From: a virus
DNA: 22,946 nucleotides
IMG/VR virus record: IMGVR_UViG_3300020196_001530
Strand: one strand, 5' to 3'
Below the pieces are notes generated by a model, which ran no database searches, had not been told where the DNA came from, and saw only the letters and a program-made list of their open reading frames with translations. Positions within the stretch are counted from its first letter, which is position 1. Every line of letters begins with the position of its first letter. The position numbers and the translations under genes are program-made. Below, in pieces: positions 14,411 to 22,813 of this stretch.

Positions 14411-15144
14411 CCTGGCATTTGGTAAATTATGCTGATGATAAGTTTGAAGATCAACAGAAATTTTTAGAAAAAGTTCATTCTGAAAATTTTAATATTATTT
14501 CTTATGATAGAGAATGGTTAGTTTCCACGGATTTTTATAAAGACAATCAGAGTCTTTTGGATGAAGAGTGTGGAGGTGGTTGGTGGGCATGGAAACCATA
14601 TGTGATTCTTCATGCACTCTCTAAGGTTGAAGAAAATGATTATGTAATCTACTGTGACTGTGGAGATATGATTTCCCCAAACGTAAAAACATATGTTGAG
14701 AATACTCTCAGTGATGATGAGTTTTGTCTTCTTCTTTTAGGAAATAATAAAAATAAAGACTATACTAAGAGAGATTGTTTTATTCTAATGGGTTGTGATG
14801 AGGATGATTATTGGAACTCAAACCAATTAGAAGCTGGTGTTCAAGTTTGGAAAGCAACAGAACAATCAATCAATATCATTTCCGATTGGATGAAATTTTG
14901 CTTAGATTCTAGGATCATTAAAAATGATCCAAGTACTTTGGGTGAAGAACTTGCTACATTTAAGGAACATCGTAATGATCAAAGTATTCTTACAAATATT
15001 GCTATTCGAGAAGGATTAAGTGTAAGTGATAATGAGTTTCGAAACTTTATTGAATGTGACTATGATTATTGGTACGATAGATATCCTAGTTCCAATTTAG
15101 GTAGGGACATCGATAAGTTTTTAGTAGAGATACGAGATGCATAG
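14407..15144 (+). CDS. Putative glycosyltransferase-like protein
   Basis: GGGWWAWKPYVILHAL...DYVIYCDCGD; position in the operon; ATGA overlap. Confidence 0.6.
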   Translation: MTWHLVNYADDKFEDQQKFLEKVHSENFNIISYDREWLVSTDFYKDNQSLLDEECGGGWWAWKPYVILHALSKVEENDYVIYCDCGDMISPNVKTYVENTLSDDEFCLLLLGNNKNKDYTKRDCFILMGCDEDDYWNSNQLEAGVQVWKATEQSINIISDWMKFCLDSRIIKNDPSTLGEELATFKEHRNDQSILTNIAIREGLSVSDNEFRNFIECDYDYWYDRYPSSNLGRDIDKFLVEIRDA

Positions 15145-15952
15145 TATTATCTTAACGATTCATAATAAAGAGTGGTTGGTTCAACAAGTCCTTGATGGAA
15201 TTACAAAAAACACCAGGGGTAAGTATGAACTGATCGTAGTTCTTGATGGTTGTACTGATAAGTCTTTTGATATCGTAGAAGATTACTTTTACGGAAAAAG
15301 TCATGATGTTACCATAGCAACCACTCCAGATGTATATGAAACTAAAGCAAACAATGTTGGATTGAAAAGTGCATCTGGAGAGTATGTAATCATTGTTCAA
15401 GATGATATGATTATCAAAGAAGATGGTTGGAATCTCAGAATGCAAACACCATTTGATGCCTTTGATGATGTATTTGCCGTAACCTCAAGAACTGCTCATG
15501 ATTGGGAATTCAATCCAGATACAAAACATTTGGGTATGAAAGAAGATCTTGATGATTGTTGGTGCGATATCTGTATACATACTAATCATGCAGATAGATC
15601 GAATATTTCAAGGGATATATTTGCAGTTCGTTCTTCAGTAAATCGTGGTCCATTAATGATTAATCATGAGGATTTGAAAAAACTGAATTATCTTGATGAA
15701 GAATTTTCACCTCAAGATATGGATGATCATGATCTAATGTATAGAATGCATAAAGAACTTGATAAAGTTTGTGGATGTTATTGGATTGATTTTGAGTCTA
15801 AGGATGAATGGGGTGGAACCAGAGTTTCTGGATCCCCAGCTCCTTGGTTACTGAAAGCAAATCATAAAAATATGAAAATATTTTATGAAAGACACAAAGA
15901 CTTATTAAATATGTCATGCCAAAAAGAAGATAGGAGATTACCAGATGGTTGA
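15137..15952 (+). CDS. Glycosyltransferase family 2
   Basis: MHSIILTIHNKEWLVQQVLDGI...ELIVVLDGCTDKS...KANNVGLKSASGEYVIIVQDDM. Confidence 0.88.
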   Translation: MHSIILTIHNKEWLVQQVLDGITKNTRGKYELIVVLDGCTDKSFDIVEDYFYGKSHDVTIATTPDVYETKANNVGLKSASGEYVIIVQDDMIIKEDGWNLRMQTPFDAFDDVFAVTSRTAHDWEFNPDTKHLGMKEDLDDCWCDICIHTNHADRSNISRDIFAVRSSVNRGPLMINHEDLKKLNYLDEEFSPQDMDDHDLMYRMHKELDKVCGCYWIDFESKDEWGGTRVSGSPAPWLLKANHKNMKIFYERHKDLLNMSCQKEDRRLPDG

Positions 15953-16565
15953 ACCAATTAGTCAAGAAAGATGGGAACAAGCTAAATCAGGAGAACTTAA
16001 TCATTATGATTATGGAAATGATGAAAACTATAAAAGAACATCCATGATTATTCTTCGAGATCATTTTAATCTTGATCTTGAAAATGATTTGGTAGGTAAA
16101 AAGGTATTGGAAGTTGGTGGTGGTGCTTATCCTTCAGTCTTTCATGTGACGGGACTATCTAAAGCTGTTTCAGTTGAACCAAACTTTGATAACTTCCCCG
16201 AAAATGTAAAAGAAAATTTTAAGAATGCAAATGTAGAGTGTACTTCTATTGGATTTGAAGACTATAAGGGAAGGACAAAATTTGATGAAGTTTGGTTCTT
16301 TAATGTTCTTCAACATGTGAGAGATCCTCAACTTCAGATCTCAAATGCTAAAAAGATTGCAAAAACTATTAGAGTTTTTGAACCTATTGATACTGCAACA
16401 AACAACGAACATCCTCATAGTTTTAGTGCAGATTTTTTCCGTGAACAGTTCCCAGAATCGGAAGTAAAGATTTATCCTGGTGGATCTATTTCTGGATTTC
16501 ATGGTGCTAGTTGTGCTTATTTGACGTGGACTAAAGATGAAAAAAAGAGAACTTCCAAACGTTGA
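15945..16565 (+). CDS. SAM-dependent class I methyltransferase
   Basis: GKKVLEVGGGAYPSVFHV motif I, EVWFFNVLQHVRDP motif. Confidence 0.8.
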   Translation: MVEPISQERWEQAKSGELNHYDYGNDENYKRTSMIILRDHFNLDLENDLVGKKVLEVGGGAYPSVFHVTGLSKAVSVEPNFDNFPENVKENFKNANVECTSIGFEDYKGRTKFDEVWFFNVLQHVRDPQLQISNAKKIAKTIRVFEPIDTATNNEHPHSFSADFFREQFPESEVKIYPGGSISGFHGASCAYLTWTKDEKKRTSKR

Positions 16566-17244
16566 TTTAATTTCTATCAACTGTGTAGATCCCTATCAAT
16601 CAGCAGTTGCTATAAATTACTGTCAAAAGTATTTTAATTTTGGTAAAAGTATTTTAATTACTCATCAAGATGTAGATGTTGATAATATAGAACTACATTT
16701 GATTGACAAACTTGATTGGTATCAATATAATGATTATGTGTTGAGCCTAATCGATCATACTGACAATGATTATGTTCTTTTAATTCAAGATGATGGTCAT
16801 ATTGTCAATCCAGATCTTTGGGATGATGAGTTTTTAAATTATGATTATATTGGAGCTCCTTGGCCATCGGAAGAGAGCTGGGTTTCTCTCCAACATGAAG
16901 ATCAACAGTCATTGATGAGAGAAGTTTTTCCTAAGAATAGAGTTGGAAATGGTGGGTTTTGTTTGAGAAGTAGAAAGTTTCTTGAGTTCTCTTCTCAATT
17001 CGATTCTTGTAATGGATTGGGTGAAGATAGTTTTCTTTGCACAAGAAAGTATTATGAAGCAATTGAATATGGAATTAAGTTTGCACCTTTTGAACTTGCT
17101 GTAAAATTTGCTTATGAGAATCCATGTATCGAATTTGGTAAGTCTTGGAATGAACGAGAGTATTTTGACAAAACAAAACACTTTGGTTGGCATGGTAAAA
17201 ACTTTTTAAACACTCAAGAATTAATGTCATTAAAATATACTTGA
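16537..17244 (+). CDS. DUF5672-like glycosyltransferase
   Basis: YVLLIQDDGHIVNPDLWDDEFLNYDYIGAPWP...VGNGGFCLRSRKFL. Confidence 0.75.
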   Translation: MKKRELPNVDLISINCVDPYQSAVAINYCQKYFNFGKSILITHQDVDVDNIELHLIDKLDWYQYNDYVLSLIDHTDNDYVLLIQDDGHIVNPDLWDDEFLNYDYIGAPWPSEESWVSLQHEDQQSLMREVFPKNRVGNGGFCLRSRKFLEFSSQFDSCNGLGEDSFLCTRKYYEAIEYGIKFAPFELAVKFAYENPCIEFGKSWNEREYFDKTKHFGWHGKNFLNTQELMSLKYT

Positions 17245-17245
17245 T

Positions 17246-18235
17246 ATGAAAGTATTAGTAACTGGAACTGCAGGTCTTCTCGGAGCAAACTATTCAAGAT
17301 ATCTTTTGGAGAACGGTCATACTGTCATAGGTATTGATAATTTTTCTGGTGGATATAAAGCATTTCTTCCAAAGAATGATAATCTAAAATTCTATAAAGT
17401 TAATCTTGAGAATAGGAAAAAGGTAAAAGAAATATTTGAAGAAGAAAATCCTGACGTAGTGTATCACTTTGCTGCATATGCTGCTGAAGGACTTTCTCCA
17501 TTTATTCGTAATTATAATTACAGGAACAATGTAATTTGTTCTGCCAATATCATTAATGAATGTATTAATCATGATTCCAAACTAGTCTTTACTTCAAGTA
17601 TGGCTGTATATGGTGAACAGCAACCACCGTTTACAGAAGAGTTAAGACCACAACCTGTAGATCCTTATGGGGTGGCAAAGTACTCTGTGGAAGTAGATTT
17701 GAAACTTGCTGGAGATCAGTTTGGACTAAAGTATAATATTGTCAGACCTCATAATGTTCTTGGCAAATATCAAAACATTTGGGATAGATATCGTAATGTA
17801 ATCGGTATTTTTATTCGTAAGGCAATTACTGGTCAACCTCTTCTAGTATATGGAGATGGTGAACAGACTCGTGCTTTTTCGGACATCAAATATTACATGG
17901 AACCATTTGATAAACTTCTTACAGATTATGATGGAGAAATATTTAATATTGGCGCAGACAAATACTTTACCATTAACGAAGCAGCAGAAACAGTAGTAAG
18001 AGTTGCATCTAAGTATGGATACAATGCAACCATTGAACATGGTGAATCAAGACACGAAGTAAAACATGCTTACTGCGATCATACTAAGGCAAAGAGTTTG
18101 TTGAATTTTTCTGATCAAACAGAACTAGAACCTCTAATTGATAGTATGTTTGAGTGGGCAATGAAACAACCGAATAGGAAAGTGAAAGATATGGAATATG
18201 AAGTAACTAAAGACATTTACGATTATTGGAAATGA
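17246..18235 (+). CDS. NAD-dependent sugar epimerase/dehydratase, GalE/WcaG-like SDR
   Basis: GTAGLLGANYSRYL Rossmann motif, FTSSMAVYGE, YGVAK catalytic motif. Confidence 0.88.
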   Translation: MKVLVTGTAGLLGANYSRYLLENGHTVIGIDNFSGGYKAFLPKNDNLKFYKVNLENRKKVKEIFEEENPDVVYHFAAYAAEGLSPFIRNYNYRNNVICSANIINECINHDSKLVFTSSMAVYGEQQPPFTEELRPQPVDPYGVAKYSVEVDLKLAGDQFGLKYNIVRPHNVLGKYQNIWDRYRNVIGIFIRKAITGQPLLVYGDGEQTRAFSDIKYYMEPFDKLLTDYDGEIFNIGADKYFTINEAAETVVRVASKYGYNATIEHGESRHEVKHAYCDHTKAKSLLNFSDQTELEPLIDSMFEWAMKQPNRKVKDMEYEVTKDIYDYWK

Positions 18236-18936
18236 AACCCATTCAAGTATTCATGAGGCACTGTTATTATTCTCCAAACAGTGCTCTCCCTAACAGACAT
18301 AGACCCGAGTGGTTTGATAAGATCAAACTCTTTGAAAACTTTAAGAGAACTATTAATCCAGAACTTGCTGATTATACGATAGTATATGATGAAAAGTTTG
18401 GTTCAATCTCTGATACGTTTTTAAAAAATGAGGAAAATGTAGAGATCATAAACTTCGGATATGAAGCTGGAAGTTTTTCTCGTACTGTAGATATTGCTTT
18501 AGAGAAAAACTTTTCTGATGACACTATCATTTACTTCTTGGAAGATGATTATTTACATCAGCCTGGATGGTGTGAAATCTTGATGGAAGGATTTACTTTA
18601 CCAACCCATTACATCTCTCTATATGATCACTTAGATAAGTACATCGATAGTGGATATGATAATCTAGTATCAAAAATATTGGTGAGTAAATCGGTTCATT
18701 GGAGAACTGCTCCTTCTACTTGTAACACATACGCTGCAAAAGTTGGAACTCTAAAAGAAGATTATTCAATTCATAAACATTATAGTGATGCATCACCTGA
18801 TGGTATATCGATGGATCATGCTAAGTTTGTACATCTAGGAAATATTGGAAAGAGATTGATCACATCTATTCCTGGATATGCCACACATTGTGATCATTTA
18901 CAATCTCCTGTAATTAATTGGGAAAAATACTTATGA
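18232..18936 (+). CDS. Putative glycosyltransferase-like protein
   Basis: DDTIIYFLEDDYLHQPGWCEIL, with an ExDD motif typical of GT-A-like proteins; ATGA overlap with the previous gene. Confidence 0.65.
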   Translation: MKPIQVFMRHCYYSPNSALPNRHRPEWFDKIKLFENFKRTINPELADYTIVYDEKFGSISDTFLKNEENVEIINFGYEAGSFSRTVDIALEKNFSDDTIIYFLEDDYLHQPGWCEILMEGFTLPTHYISLYDHLDKYIDSGYDNLVSKILVSKSVHWRTAPSTCNTYAAKVGTLKEDYSIHKHYSDASPDGISMDHAKFVHLGNIGKRLITSIPGYATHCDHLQSPVINWEKYL

Positions 18937-19697
18937 ATTGTATAGTTTATCTTGTTAGATCTTCTGAAGAAGATGTTGAAAATTTTAATAGATCATTATC
19001 ATTGGTTGAGGAGAATGTAGTACCAACAACTAGTGATTTTGATATTATTGTTTTCTGTGAACCATCATTTGAAGAATATAAGTCAAAGGTTAATACTAAG
19101 TTAACACTAAATTACCAAACTATAGAGTTTAATATTCCAGACTATCCTCAAGAAATCCTGAATCAAATTCCAGAATTCTTTCCTCATCCAACTCATGGTG
19201 ATGGTCCTATTGGTTGGGGTCATCCTGGATTTCCTATTGGGTATCGTCACATGTGTAGATTCTTTTCTGGACACATGTATGGATATGATATACTTAAAAA
19301 CTATGATTACTATTTAAGATTGGATACCGATTCTTATATTACTACAAGAATACCATATGATATCTTTGAACTCGCAAAACAAAATGATATCTATTATGGA
19401 TTTATAAAAGTTGAAGAGGATAATCCAAAAGTAGTTGAAGGTCTTTGGGAGACTGTAAATGAGTATATTCCAAATGATCTTCCAGAAAATTTGATGTTCT
19501 ATACCAACTTTGAACTTGGAAAAGTTTCATGGTTCTTGACAAGTGGTTACATGGAGTTTTATAATTACCTGGATAAGACAGGTGGTTTTTATACTAAGAG
19601 ATGGGGTGATGCTCCAGTTAAGTTCTTAGGTATTAGTCTGTTGATGAATCAAAAACATATTAGTCAAATGGGTGGATTTGTCTACAATCATGGATAA
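18933..19697 (+). CDS. Glycosyltransferase family 15-like (Kre2/Mnt1-type alpha-1,2-mannosyltransferase)
   Basis: YRHMCRFFSGHMYGYDILKNYDYYLRLDTDSYI and NFELGKVSWFLTSGYMEFYNYLDKTGGFYTKRWGDAPVKFLGISLLM resemble Kre2/Mnt1 signatures. Track start 18918 is TTG; the ATG is at 18933. Confidence 0.78.
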   Translation: MNCIVYLVRSSEEDVENFNRSLSLVEENVVPTTSDFDIIVFCEPSFEEYKSKVNTKLTLNYQTIEFNIPDYPQEILNQIPEFFPHPTHGDGPIGWGHPGFPIGYRHMCRFFSGHMYGYDILKNYDYYLRLDTDSYITTRIPYDIFELAKQNDIYYGFIKVEEDNPKVVEGLWETVNEYIPNDLPENLMFYTNFELGKVSWFLTSGYMEFYNYLDKTGGFYTKRWGDAPVKFLGISLLMNQKHISQMGGFVYNHG

Positions 19698-20478
19698 AAA
19701 TAAGTCAGTATTTAAACTTAAGAACTTTGGACCAATCTACTATCTCAATCTGGATGGACAACCAGAGAGAAGAGAGTATATGGAAAACCAGTTTAAGTAC
19801 TGGGAAATTGAGAACTATACTCGTATTTCTGCATATGATGGTAGAGAAGATGATCTGAGCGACATCATCAAAGGACGTTATCCTGAGATGATGTCTTCTG
19901 GTGAGATTGGATGTGTTACTTCTCATCTCAAGGCTATCAAACATTGGTACGAAACTTCTGATAGTCCTTATGCTGTCATCATGGAAGATGATTGTAACTT
20001 AGATCTTGTTAAGTATTGGAACTTTACTTGGGATGATTTTTATTGTCGGATCCCCTATGATTGGGATGTAGTTCAGATTGCTATTATTTGTACAGGAGAT
20101 ATTCATATTAAAGTTCACAAGAGATTTGTGAATGAATTTTCAACTGCTTGTTATATTATTACTCGTCATCATGCCCAGAAACTTTTAAATCTTCATACAA
20201 GAGGAGATAAGTATAAACTCGATAATGGTGTAAAACCTCGTCCTGTTGCTGATGACTTAATTTATAATTCAGGTAATACTTATAGTGTTCCTCTTCTTCT
20301 TTATAGGATTGAGTTGGGTTCTTCTATTCATCCAGAACATATTGATGCATTCCATCGTGGTAACTATGATGGTCAAATGAACTTCTGGAGTCAGAAAGGA
20401 GCTCAACTATCTGTAGAGGAGTTAATGGATTACGATCCTTATCTTGGAAGGGTGATAGAAAGTACCGTAAACACTTGA
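19690..20478 (+). CDS. Glycosyltransferase family 25 (LPS-biosynthesis-like)
   Basis: PIYYLNLDGQPERREYM...RISAYDG...GEIGCVTSHLKAIKHW...YAVIMEDDCNL motifs. The likely start is the ATG at 19690. Confidence 0.87.
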   Translation: MDKNKSVFKLKNFGPIYYLNLDGQPERREYMENQFKYWEIENYTRISAYDGREDDLSDIIKGRYPEMMSSGEIGCVTSHLKAIKHWYETSDSPYAVIMEDDCNLDLVKYWNFTWDDFYCRIPYDWDVVQIAIICTGDIHIKVHKRFVNEFSTACYIITRHHAQKLLNLHTRGDKYKLDNGVKPRPVADDLIYNSGNTYSVPLLLYRIELGSSIHPEHIDAFHRGNYDGQMNFWSQKGAQLSVEELMDYDPYLGRVIESTVNT

Positions 20479-20503
20479 CACTCTTAAAGTCATCCCTTAT
20501 ACT
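20475..20503 (+). promoter_or_regulatory. Sigma70-like promoter for the porin gene
   Basis: TTGACA - 17 nt - TATACT. Confidence 0.85.
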
Positions 20504-20513
20504 AAATAAGTAC

Positions 20514-20538
20514 TTAAGAATTCTGTTGTAATTCTTAA
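20514..20538 (+). promoter_or_regulatory. 5'UTR hairpin upstream of the porin
   Basis: TTAAGAATT-ctgttgt-AATTCTTAA, perfect 9-bp arms. Confidence 0.6.
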
Positions 20539-20571
20539 TCTTTGTCCTATAGTACAAACAAACAACAATCT

Positions 20572-22038
20572 ATGAAATTCTTTCAACAACTGATGCTTGC
20601 ACCTGTTGCTCTGGGAATGGTTGCACCTGCTGCGATGGCCGCAGACCTTAATATGAATGGGGTCAACCAGTATTCTTCCGAACAGGTTACAAGCGTCACT
20701 CAATTTTCTGATGTCCAACCTACTGACTGGGCATATCAAGCACTCTCGCAACTTGTAGAGCGTTATGGTTGCGTTGCTGGTTATCCCAACGGCACCTTCC
20801 GTGGTGGTCGTGCTTTGACTCGTTATGAGGCAGCAGCACTTCTGAATGCTTGTCTGGATCGTGTGACTGAAGTTACCGATGAACTCAAGCGTCTTACTAA
20901 AGAGTTTGCTGCTGAACTGGCAGTTCTGAAGGGTCGTGTTGATGGTCTGGAAGCACAAGTTACTACTCTCGAAGCACAACAGTTCTCTACCACTACTAAA
21001 CTGCGTGGTGAAGCAAACTTTGTGATTGGTGGTGTGGATGACTATCAAACTAAAGAAGGTGATATTATCCACACTGCATTTAACTATGATCTTCGTCTGA
21101 ATCTGGATACTTCTTTTACTGGTGCCGATTTGCTCCGTACTCGTTTGCGTTCTTCTAACTTCAGTAGCAATCCTTTCGGTTCCAGTTCGTCTATCTTCAA
21201 ACTGGATAAAGCAGACAATACCACAGGTGAAAACGGTAATAACGTAGTTATCGATCGTCTGTATTATCAGTTCCCTGTGTTCAACGGTAGCACCACTCTT
21301 ACTGCTGGTGCTCTGGTTCGTAACACTGAGATTGCTTGGATTCCTTCAGCATATGAATCCAAGATCCTTGATTTCTTCCAAGTAGCTGGTGCTCCTGGTG
21401 TGTATAACAAGGCAGTTGGTTCAGGTTTTGGTATTCAGTACGGAAACAAAGGTCTGATTGCTGGTGTGAACTATGTGGCACAAAACGGTGCTGATAGTTC
21501 TACAGGTGAGTTTGATCGCTCTGGTGCTCTCAACACTCTAGCCCAGATCGGTTATCGTGGTGACAACTACGGTATCGCATTTGGTTATCGTTATGGCACC
21601 GAAGGCACTCGTGTTCGCACATACAACGGTCTGAATGGTGCTTCTGGCACTCTGGTTCCAGGTCAAACTTCTAACGGTTATGCTATCAACGCTTACTGGC
21701 AACCCACTCAATCTGGTTGGGCTCCTTCGATCTCAGCAGGTTATGGTTGGAATACTGTAAGTGGTACTCCTAGTGATGCCACCAACAGTCAATCCTGGTT
21801 TGCTGGTCTGACTTGGGATGATGTGTTTGTTGACGGTAACTCTGCTGGTGTTGCTATCGGTCAGGCACCTACTGGCGAGAACCTTGAGAAGTCCACGATG
21901 CTTGAGATCTTCTATAAGTATCAAGTGTCTGATAACATCAGCGTCACTCCTGCTATCATTTACGGTAGTGACAATCAGCGTCTGGTTGGTAACTCCTCTA
22001 ACTGGGGAGGAATTTTGCAAACAACCTTTAAGTTCTAA
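20572..22038 (+). CDS. Cyanobacterial-type outer membrane porin (SLH domain + OprB/Som-like beta-barrel)
   Basis: Signal peptide MKFFQQLMLAPVALGMVAPAAMA; SLH domain FSDVQPTDWAYQALSQLVERYGCVAGYPNGTFRGGRALTRYEAAALLNACLDRV; coiled coil; repetitive barrel sequence; C-terminal Phe (ILQTTFKF). The track start at 20542 is upstream of the likely ATG. Confidence 0.93.
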   Translation: MKFFQQLMLAPVALGMVAPAAMAADLNMNGVNQYSSEQVTSVTQFSDVQPTDWAYQALSQLVERYGCVAGYPNGTFRGGRALTRYEAAALLNACLDRVTEVTDELKRLTKEFAAELAVLKGRVDGLEAQVTTLEAQQFSTTTKLRGEANFVIGGVDDYQTKEGDIIHTAFNYDLRLNLDTSFTGADLLRTRLRSSNFSSNPFGSSSSIFKLDKADNTTGENGNNVVIDRLYYQFPVFNGSTTLTAGALVRNTEIAWIPSAYESKILDFFQVAGAPGVYNKAVGSGFGIQYGNKGLIAGVNYVAQNGADSSTGEFDRSGALNTLAQIGYRGDNYGIAFGYRYGTEGTRVRTYNGLNGASGTLVPGQTSNGYAINAYWQPTQSGWAPSISAGYGWNTVSGTPSDATNSQSWFAGLTWDDVFVDGNSAGVAIGQAPTGENLEKSTMLEIFYKYQVSDNISVTPAIIYGSDNQRLVGNSSNWGGILQTTFKF

Positions 22039-22040
22039 GG

Positions 22041-22048
22041 TATAAATA
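22041..22048 (+). promoter_or_regulatory. T4-like late promoter
   Basis: TATAAATA just after the porin stop. Confidence 0.6.
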
Positions 22049-22088
22049 TAAATGCCTTAATTGGTTCGCATCTTTAAGGTAGAGATTG

Positions 22089-22110
22089 GAGGGCAGAAAT
22101 GCCCTCTTTT
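22089..22110 (+). terminator. Rho-independent terminator downstream of the porin
   Basis: GAGGGCA-gaaa-TGCCCTC followed by TTTT. Confidence 0.88.
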
Positions 22111-22114
22111 CTTT

Positions 22115-22122
22115 TATAAATA
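22115..22122 (+). promoter_or_regulatory. T4-like late promoter for the GIY-YIG gene
   Basis: TATAAATA, 26 bp upstream of the ATG at 22148. Confidence 0.75.
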
Positions 22123-22147
22123 GTATTGCGAACCAATTTAAGAGCAG

Positions 22148-22777
22148 ATGAAAGACCATAATAGGTTTTATACTTACGCATATTTGCGAGAGGATAAAAC
22201 TCCTTACTATATTGGTAAAGGAGTTAAAGGTAGAATTTATTCCTTTAATAGGAAAATACAAAAACCAAAAGATAAATCCAGAATAATCTTCTTAAAACAA
22301 AATCTTACAGAACAAGAAGCATTCAATCACGAAGAGTATATGATTGCAGTTTTTGGTAGGAAAGATTTAGGAACTGGAATATTGAGAAATAGGACTAATG
22401 GTGGTGAAGGTGCTTCTGGTTCTTTGAAAAGTGAAGAATTCAAAAGAAGACATAGTGAAAGAATGAAAGGGAAAAATAATCCTAGTTATGGTAGAAAACA
22501 ATCTGAAGAGCATAGAAGAAAAAATAGTGAAGCAAATAGAGGAGAAAACAATCATTTTTATGGTAAATCACATTCAGAAGAAACCAAGAAAAAAATTAGT
22601 ATGAAGAAGAAAGGAAAACCACTTTCTACAGAAACCAAAAGAAAATTAAGTGAAATACATAAGGGAAAATGTGGAGAAAATCATTCTCATTATGGAAAGA
22701 AATGGTGGAACGATGGTAAAGGTAATACTACAATATCACTAGATTGTCCTGGTGAAAATTGGGTTCTTGGTAGATAA
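22148..22777 (+). CDS. GIY-YIG homing endonuclease with NUMOD3 repeats
   Basis: FYTYAYLREDKTPYYIGKGVKGRIY; repeats PSYGRKQSEEHRRKNSEA, HFYGKSHSEETKKKIS, KPLSTETKRKLSEIHKGK. Confidence 0.93.
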   Translation: MKDHNRFYTYAYLREDKTPYYIGKGVKGRIYSFNRKIQKPKDKSRIIFLKQNLTEQEAFNHEEYMIAVFGRKDLGTGILRNRTNGGEGASGSLKSEEFKRRHSERMKGKNNPSYGRKQSEEHRRKNSEANRGENNHFYGKSHSEETKKKISMKKKGKPLSTETKRKLSEIHKGKCGENHSHYGKKWWNDGKGNTTISLDCPGENWVLGR

Positions 22778-22785
22778 CTTACTCT

Positions 22786-22793
22786 AATAAATA
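22786..22793 (+). promoter_or_regulatory. T4-like late promoter
   Basis: AATAAATA, 20 bp upstream of the ATG at 22814. Confidence 0.6.
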
Positions 22794-22813
22794 ACTAAAA
22801 AGTATTATCAAAA

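Noticed and set aside
11701-20478. Classical phage-defence or retron system hidden in the operon
   Set aside because: Gene motifs point consistently to glycosyltransferases, epimerases and a methyltransferase; no reverse transcriptase, nuclease or STAND-type ATPase motif was found there.
20497-21072. Long minus-strand ORF (191 aa)
   Set aside because: Lies opposite the well-supported porin gene; Ser/Cys/Thr-rich composition looks like a codon-bias shadow ORF.
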